A DNA stretch of 36,785 bases from a virus (lineage: Duplodnaviria; Heunggongvirae; Uroviricota; Caudoviricetes). Below the pieces are notes generated by a model. The model was given only the letters and a program-made list of their open reading frames with translations, was not told the DNA's origin and ran no database searches. Made by a program: the position numbers and the translations under genes. Of the stretch, positions 17,590 to 24,900 are shown piece after piece; within the stretch, counting starts at the first letter, position 1, and the number at the start of each line of letters is the position of its first letter. The stretch lies in IMG/VR virus record IMGVR_UViG_3300034072_000647; one strand, given 5' to 3'.

Positions 17590-20500
17590 ATGTTAACAGA
17601 ACGTCCAGTACACGCAGACCTTCGTACGATGCTAATGGCTAATCAGCCGTTCGTATACGCACATCTAATTAAGTTCGAAAGGCCCTATAGAATGGCCGCT
17701 AACGGAGTGGCCTCTACCTCAAAAGAGAAGTACGCTTACCTAACAGATGCTAGCAGAGATGTTAACTTTGATGACGGCAGTACCAACCTCAACGGGGTGG
17801 CTAATGGAAGCCAGGTATACGTAGCCAATAAAGTACTAGAAGTATCCGGCGTAGCCGAGCAAACCGAAGCAAAAGCCAGTAATTTCTCTATAACATTAGA
17901 CGGTAATGCTATTGGTGCCTATGCTAAAGGTTCCGTAGCTATCGCTACTGTAAATAGTACTACTTATGATCTAACTTGGCCCGCAGACGTAGATCTAACC
18001 TTAGCAGGTTTTAGGGAGGGCGACAAAGTAACCATAACTGCTTTAAACTATTCTGGTGATTTTAACATACAGGGTTTCAGAGCAGGAAACGTATTAAGAA
18101 TCACGAAAATAGAAGACACTATGGATCCTGCTGGAACCGTAGATCTAGAAATGTCTCTGGCCTCCGAAGAAATTAAATCCATACTGCTTGACAAGAATAT
18201 TCCTGAGTATGCCTCTTTTGTTAATAGGGAGGTATTCATTTACAGGGGGTATTTCAGAGATGGCACAGTAGTGGGTTCCCCTGTTTTAATCTTCAAAGGT
18301 ATTATTTCTAATGTATCCTTTGAAGACGGAGACAGTGCTATTAATGTTACCTGGGGTCTTACCAGTCACTGGGGCGACTTCTCTCAGGTAAAAGGAAGAA
18401 TTACTTCTGATGATTTCCACAGAGCACTAGACCAGAACGGTAATCCTCAACCGCAGTCTACACTAAAATTAGAGTATGCTTACGATAAAGGGTTCGCTCA
18501 CTCTGAAACATCTATTAATATGCTCTCTACCTACACGGTTCAGGTGGAAAAGCAAACCGTTAAAGCTAAAAACGGTTTTATGGGTATAGGCTCCAAAGTT
18601 AAAGTAAAGAAAACTATGGTGGATGAGGCTCGTACCACTGACCTAGATTTCCAACTGCAAGCTAAGTCTATCCCAGTTATATACGGAGTAAGAAATACTA
18701 CTGGTATCCCATTCTTTGCCGATACATTAAAGAACGATAGCTCTACCGTCTATGTTGCTTACGCACTTAGTGAGGGTGAGATTGGTGGTGTATACGATGT
18801 ATATATTGACGGAAATTCTTTAATTTGTAATGATAAGGCCGATTTCGATGCTAGAAGTCAGCAGACTGCAGATAATACTGTAGAGCTAATCTGTAGAGGG
18901 CGAGCCGATAGAGGTGACGTATTGGGGGGTGCAACTTCCGTAAGTACCGCCGCTACTATAGACTTCTACTCTGGACAAGATTACCTACTAACAAACTTGC
19001 CATATAATTTAATAAGAAATACCGGGTATAAGAATTATGTAGCACCTGTAACTACTGTAGCAGAGACTACAGGTAAGGGCGTTATTGACGGAGAAAGCAT
19101 TAAGTTAACCTCTCCTCAAGAGATAACTTTAGACGTATTTTCCGGTAAAACAGGTCAAAAAGCATCCTCGCAGTTAGTATCTATTGCCAAGGCTAACAAC
19201 TTCAAAGTTCAAAATGACTATTGGACCGGAGCGGATACCGCAGAGTACTGGGGTCCTAACCACAGGGTATTAGATACTGCTTATATATTAGGTAAATTCA
19301 AAATTGCGGAAGGGGAGACAAGTATCCCCTCCCTAGAGTTTATTATAAAAGGCAAAAGTATTAATTGCTATAATTACGATTATAGTTATAGTCATTATAA
19401 TAAAGCTACCGGTGAAAATGCTAATAACTTCCTACTGGGAGATATGGTAACTCTTTACAATATGAGCGGTGTAGCTATAACAGCTTCTCCTGTTCAGATT
19501 GTAGATAAATGGACTTTTATAAATCCAGACGGTACCTCAAATACTCGTTTTATATTTGACATCCCACCGCCACTAGGTCTTGTCAATGGAGTACCTTCTG
19601 TAACGCAATTCTACATGCAAAGCTCGGGCGGAGCTAAGTGGACAATGATTACCCACAATTTTGTAGAGTTTAATGGAGGCATACAGCAGGCCATGTCCGC
19701 TGCAGTAACTGGACAAGCTACCGCCGGTGGATATTCAGTTATTAACTTTGCTTCCACTACCGGAATGAATAGCGGGGGGGATAGTACTGAGTCCACTGCC
19801 GTGTTTAGTCTGGTTAAGCCTAATGGTACGAGATACTCTAACAATAGGTATTTCAACTCAGATATGCTTATTCAAGGTTCTTCTGCTACAACTACGTCCG
19901 TAACCACAAAGTTACTCGCTAGTGCCGTAAGTTCCTCTCTAGCACAAGCTATTACTGATGGAGCCTCAATAGTCTCTAGAAATACTATACGACTGAATGC
20001 CGCGGCCTCTTCTGTTGCCGGCTACTATAATGGCCACATAGTTAAAGTAATCAGGTACAATAGCACCCTAGATAGGCAAATAGTACAGGAATATGAAATT
20101 ATAGGATACACCGGCGGTACCGATAAGATAGCTACTATTGACGGCTTGTGGGACCCGGAATATATTCCCACCACCACCGATTCCGTACAAATATTCCCAA
20201 AGTATAGGGATAGCAGGGTAAGTATTAATCCAGCTATTCAAACATTAGATTATATAACCTCTACCACATACGGAAGAGGTCTGGATGTGTACAAGGACCT
20301 AGATTTACCTTCGTGGTTAGAATCTGGTAGGGCTTGCGATGTTAGATCAAACGTAACAGTACAAAGCGTAACCACAGGCTCTTATCCAGTAAGTGGCCAC
20401 GTATACAGGTATCCCGCTTCTGGTACTATGCTTTGGCAGGGTACCTACGTAGGCAGGGATGGCCAGTTCTTAGAGTTTACTAATATACTGGGGAAGCTAA

Positions 20501-21981
20501 CTAACGCCTGGAATAACTGGAAATCCTATAAGCTCCAAGAGTTGGTATATTACGGCACTAACCTATATGAGGTAACTGCGGCGGGCGTAAAAACTACTGC
20601 GCCTACACATACTTCGGGAACCGTTAACGGGTTACTTTATAAATCCAGTCTCTCGCTAACTAGCACTAATGGCGGCCCCGGCATCGACCTAGCTATAGAT
20701 GGCAATCCTATCCGCGCTATGAAGAATGGGTCCAAAATATCTGGTTATTCTTTGTATGACTCTGACGAGGTAGATTATTGGAGGCTACTGGGCTGGGATG
20801 AAAATAATCAGAGATATGTAACTCGACACCAAACTAATCTATCTATAGATACTTCTTTAGCTTTGTTCGATAACATGAATAGTTTATTGGAGCATTTTGG
20901 AGGTATTCTACGCTATAGCGGCAACAAATACTATCTAGAGGTAGAGGAGGCTGAGGGTGTTATAGCTTCAGACGATAATGAAGTCAGGAATATAACAGCC
21001 GATCAGATAATCGGTAAGATTAGGCTGTCTGATGAAGGCATAAAAAGTGCATTTAATTCTCTTACTGCGGCTTATGCTGATCCTGCTAATAAGTTTGAAG
21101 CTAGAAATATAAGCTTCTTTAATTCTGATTATCTGAAAGCCGATAGAAACGTACCTAAAAAGGGTAGTGTTACTGTTCCTGGTATAACTAATTATTATAA
21201 TACCAGAATTCTGGCAGATAAATATCTAAATAAGACTAGATTTGGTCTTACTGTGTCATTCAATATGGCCCCAAGAGGGCTATTACTGCTAGCGGGTAAG
21301 GTTATCCAAATACAGTATCCTAGATATGGTTGGGTAGATAAAAAATTTAGAATATCTACTCTAACACATCAGCAGGACGCAACTGTAGATATTGTAGCCG
21401 AAGAGTATGATGATAGCTTCTATGTATTAAGTAAGATTAGTAAACAAGCAGCGTCAGGGTTAGGTGGATTAGCTGGACAAACCACTATCGCTTCTCCTAC
21501 GGGATTAAGAGCCACCAGCCTAGATAATGGTGACGAAGCGTATTCAAGTGTTAACGTTACTTGGGTCAACAACCCGTTAGCTAATACAAAAAATGTATAT
21601 ACAGAACTATATAGTTCTTCTTCGAGTAACCTGTACTTAACGGTTAATACTATCTCAGATAACGTATTAACGTCCACAGTTGCTCATGAGTTACAGCTAG
21701 GAGACCAAGTCACTAGCCAGGTAACTTTAAACGGCTTGGAAGTGGGAAAAACTTACTTCGTTAAAAGCATACCGTCTTCTACCCAGTTCACTTTATCTGA
21801 TACTAAGGAGGGGGCCATAACTGGACTAACTAACGGCACCTCTTTGGGGGCTATAATTCAGACAGCCTCTTTACTACAAACGCTACCAATACCTACCAGT
21901 TCCTTTATAGATCCTGTGGGTAGTGTCCATGGTAGGATAGTCAGGTATTATTGGGTAAGACACAAGATTATTCAAGGATAA
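17590..21981 (+). CDS. Baseplate hub/Tal protein (T5 pb3-like, lambda J N-terminal-like) with inserted domains and a C-terminal FN3-like region
   Basis: 1463 aa; SHWGDF.QVKGR.TSD, IPVIYG, NPA.Q.LDY, FGGIL.YS, NSL.AAY.DP.N.F, YYWVRH motifs; follows the distal tail gene. Confidence 0.82.
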   Translation: MLTERPVHADLRTMLMANQPFVYAHLIKFERPYRMAANGVASTSKEKYAYLTDASRDVNFDDGSTNLNGVANGSQVYVANKVLEVSGVAEQTEAKASNFSITLDGNAIGAYAKGSVAIATVNSTTYDLTWPADVDLTLAGFREGDKVTITALNYSGDFNIQGFRAGNVLRITKIEDTMDPAGTVDLEMSLASEEIKSILLDKNIPEYASFVNREVFIYRGYFRDGTVVGSPVLIFKGIISNVSFEDGDSAINVTWGLTSHWGDFSQVKGRITSDDFHRALDQNGNPQPQSTLKLEYAYDKGFAHSETSINMLSTYTVQVEKQTVKAKNGFMGIGSKVKVKKTMVDEARTTDLDFQLQAKSIPVIYGVRNTTGIPFFADTLKNDSSTVYVAYALSEGEIGGVYDVYIDGNSLICNDKADFDARSQQTADNTVELICRGRADRGDVLGGATSVSTAATIDFYSGQDYLLTNLPYNLIRNTGYKNYVAPVTTVAETTGKGVIDGESIKLTSPQEITLDVFSGKTGQKASSQLVSIAKANNFKVQNDYWTGADTAEYWGPNHRVLDTAYILGKFKIAEGETSIPSLEFIIKGKSINCYNYDYSYSHYNKATGENANNFLLGDMVTLYNMSGVAITASPVQIVDKWTFINPDGTSNTRFIFDIPPPLGLVNGVPSVTQFYMQSSGGAKWTMITHNFVEFNGGIQQAMSAAVTGQATAGGYSVINFASTTGMNSGGDSTESTAVFSLVKPNGTRYSNNRYFNSDMLIQGSSATTTSVTTKLLASAVSSSLAQAITDGASIVSRNTIRLNAAASSVAGYYNGHIVKVIRYNSTLDRQIVQEYEIIGYTGGTDKIATIDGLWDPEYIPTTTDSVQIFPKYRDSRVSINPAIQTLDYITSTTYGRGLDVYKDLDLPSWLESGRACDVRSNVTVQSVTTGSYPVSGHVYRYPASGTMLWQGTYVGRDGQFLEFTNILGKLTNAWNNWKSYKLQELVYYGTNLYEVTAAGVKTTAPTHTSGTVNGLLYKSSLSLTSTNGGPGIDLAIDGNPIRAMKNGSKISGYSLYDSDEVDYWRLLGWDENNQRYVTRHQTNLSIDTSLALFDNMNSLLEHFGGILRYSGNKYYLEVEEAEGVIASDDNEVRNITADQIIGKIRLSDEGIKSAFNSLTAAYADPANKFEARNISFFNSDYLKADRNVPKKGSVTVPGITNYYNTRILADKYLNKTRFGLTVSFNMAPRGLLLLAGKVIQIQYPRYGWVDKKFRISTLTHQQDATVDIVAEEYDDSFYVLSKISKQAASGLGGLAGQTTIASPTGLRATSLDNGDEAYSSVNVTWVNNPLANTKNVYTELYSSSSSNLYLTVNTISDNVLTSTVAHELQLGDQVTSQVTLNGLEVGKTYFVKSIPSSTQFTLSDTKEGAITGLTNGTSLGAIIQTASLLQTLPIPTSSFIDPVGSVHGRIVRYYWVRHKIIQG

Positions 21982-24900
21982 TGATGGCAAAGACTTACTA
22001 CTCACCTTTCTTCCCGCTACCAGAGGTTGGTGGAGCTAAAGGCTCCACCATACCTATTGTCACGCCTGGTACAGTTCAAGATATTATTGATAAGACAGAA
22101 CAGCTACAACAATCAGACTCGGTTACGGGAGAAAAATTAAGTCAATTAGAGTCCGATATAATCAATAGCAATATAGCTATAAATAATGCTAACCTGTTAA
22201 TAAATTCCCTGGAATCAAGCGTCTCGGCGGACTTCTCCGAGGTCAACGACGCGCTCTCCTCGCTCAACGGTGAAGTCGATACTGTGCAGGGCAACATCAC
22301 CAGCCTGCAGGGCACCACCAGCGCTATTCAGCAGAGCGTGGGTACGCTTCAGCAGGATATGGCCGGCGCGCAGGCCAGTCTCTCTAGCTTGCAGACCTTC
22401 GCCAACAGTGCGGGCAATGATCTGGCGACGCTGAACAGCTCGGTCTCCACCCTGCAGGCTCAGGCGAACTCGCTCCAGCAGAGCGTCAACAATGTCACTA
22501 GCGATCTGGGTAACGCCGTAGGCCGCATTACCGCCGCCGAAGGCGAGGTCGATGCGCTGCAGACGCTGACGGCAACGCAGGGTGGACAGATCTCGTCGAA
22601 CGCTGTCGCGATCAGCAACGTCGAAGGCAGTTTGTCGGCGCTGCAAACCCGCGTGTCGGCAGGGCGCGTCAACATTCTGGAGTTCGGCAGCTTCGAGCTG
22701 GGCATGGTCGGTTGGCAGAACCCCGGCCCGTACAACTGGAATTTCGGCTACGGCTTCGATTGGGGCAGTATCGCTCTGCTTATTGCTCCGGCGAACGGCA
22801 CCTATGTTTTGGAAAGCAAGCCGTTCAACATCCGGGCGGGTAACAGCTACACCATTTCGGCCGACACGGTGCTGTACGCTGATGGGGGCGTCGTTTATGT
22901 AGACATGATCTACTACGACGCGAACGGCCAGGTCGTGTTGGATGGGCCGCAGAACCCCCGTGGGCATGGCCACGACTTCTCGAACAACAGCGCCGATCGC
23001 GGGCTTGTAGCTGTCTCGTCGACCGCTCCGGCGAACGCGGCGACGGCCACCGCCCGGTTCGTCGTCTCCGGTGTGGTCAATTGTCAGTATGCCGGCGTTC
23101 GCCAGATCAAGGTCGAAAACGGCTTTGAGTGGTCGAACTACACTGATGAAGCGACTGTCGTTAATCGGGCGACTGCGCTTCAGACCGCCGAAGGTCAGAT
23201 CGCGAGCCTGACCACCCGCGTTGGCACCGCCGAAGCCTCGATCACGACCAACGCCACGGCCGTCACGAACGCGCAGGGCAGTATCGCAACGCTGGAGACA
23301 ACGGTCTCGTCGCAGGGCGGCTCGATCACCTCGCTGCAATCCTCGGTGTCCGACATCAACGGCACGGTGTCGACCCTGTCCCAGACGGTCTCGTCGCAGG
23401 GCGGCTCGATCACCTCGCTCCAAACGGCAGTGTCGACGGCGGAAGGCAACCTTTCCTCGCTGACGACCCGCGTGGACACAGGCAGCAAGCCCAATCTTAT
23501 CGTCAACGGTGACTTCGCCAACGGGTTGAACAACTGGGTCTACACCCATAACGGGTGGTATTCCACCCTGTCCGGCTCGTGGGGTCAGGTGGCAGGTAAC
23601 CAGTCGCTCGGCACGCTGGGTGGCCAAACCCACACCTATCTCGAAACCGAAGACATTCCGGTCTACGGCGGCGTCAACCACACGGTGTCGTTCGAGACCT
23701 CATGCAACGTCTCGGACCCGGCCGCTTATACCTACGGCGAGATCGTCTATTGGGATGCGGCCAACAACGTGGTGGGTCAGTTCAACGGCCCGATGCGTGC
23801 GGCTGGCGGCGACTTTAGCCAGGACAACAGCGCTCGTAAGGCGCAGACTTTTACCAGCCTATCCCCCGCTGGTTCGGTGCGCGCTCGCGTCCGCGTGGTG
23901 CTGAACCGGATGAACGGCAATATCATCCATTTCCACGTTCGCCAGGTCAAGCTGGAGACCGGCGCAAGTGCCTCGCCCTTCAACAGCGCCGCGAGCGTCG
24001 TGCAGCAGTGGAAGTCGTTCAATGATCTGAATAGCAGCTTCGCCTCTTTGTCGACGACGGTCTCGTCGCAGGGCGGATCGATCAGCACGCTGCAGCAGAG
24101 CTACACCAATCTCAACGGGACGGTGTCGTCGCACACGACGACGATCAACACGCATAACGCCAATATCCAGACGCTGCAGACGGCGACATCTACCCTTCAG
24201 GGTGATACCGCCACCCTCAAGACGCAGGTGTCCGCAGGCGCTGGCAATCTGCTGCCGAACACCGATTTTGCCACGGGTGCGCAAGGGTGGTTGACCTACC
24301 ACAACGGCGTCGGCGCCTTCGTCAGCGGCCGTGATATACTGGGCGACAATTGGCGCCCCCCTAATGAGCATGTCTATGTGTTGGGGCAAGGGGACGCCAA
24401 CGCCGGCTATTACGCCAGCTTCTTCATCGACCAATATATTCCGGTTGAGGCGGGCAAGTGGTACGAGTGGAGCGGGTACATCGGCGCGCACCGGTGCGGC
24501 GGTAACATCCTTGTGCAGTTCTTCGACAGCAACAACACGAACATCGCGAACCACTACGGCACCGGCTACGGTCCGGGCAGCTACAGCGGGTACGCCATCG
24601 GTCAATACGCGCGCCCGTACCTTAAAATGCAAACCCCGGCGGGCGCTGTGTCGTGCCGCATGGTGTTCGAGAAGGCCGCAACTTCTTCGGGCAACGATAG
24701 CTATCTCGTCATCCTTCGTCCGCAGATGAAGGAGGTCTTCGAGACCTCCGTGTCGCCGGCGGCCTACACGATCGGCGGCGCCGGCGCGGTCCTTTCACAG
24801 CAGGCTACCGCCCTGTCGACACTGAACAGCAGCTTTGCCTCGCTGGAAACCCGCGTGTCTTCTGCCGAAGGTAGCGTCACGTCGCTGTCGCAGTCGATGA

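Noticed and set aside
1-22200. CTAG looks frequent in the backbone (7 counted in the first 1 kb); restriction-site avoidance or T5-type nick motifs considered
   Set aside because: Explainable by CTA/GCT codon use. GATC, GANTC, GAATTC and CTGCAG all occur. A proper k-mer test is needed and could not be run.
23301-24076. Direct repeats considered as a CRISPR array
   Set aside because: Only two full copies, in frame within coding heptads, and no cas genes.
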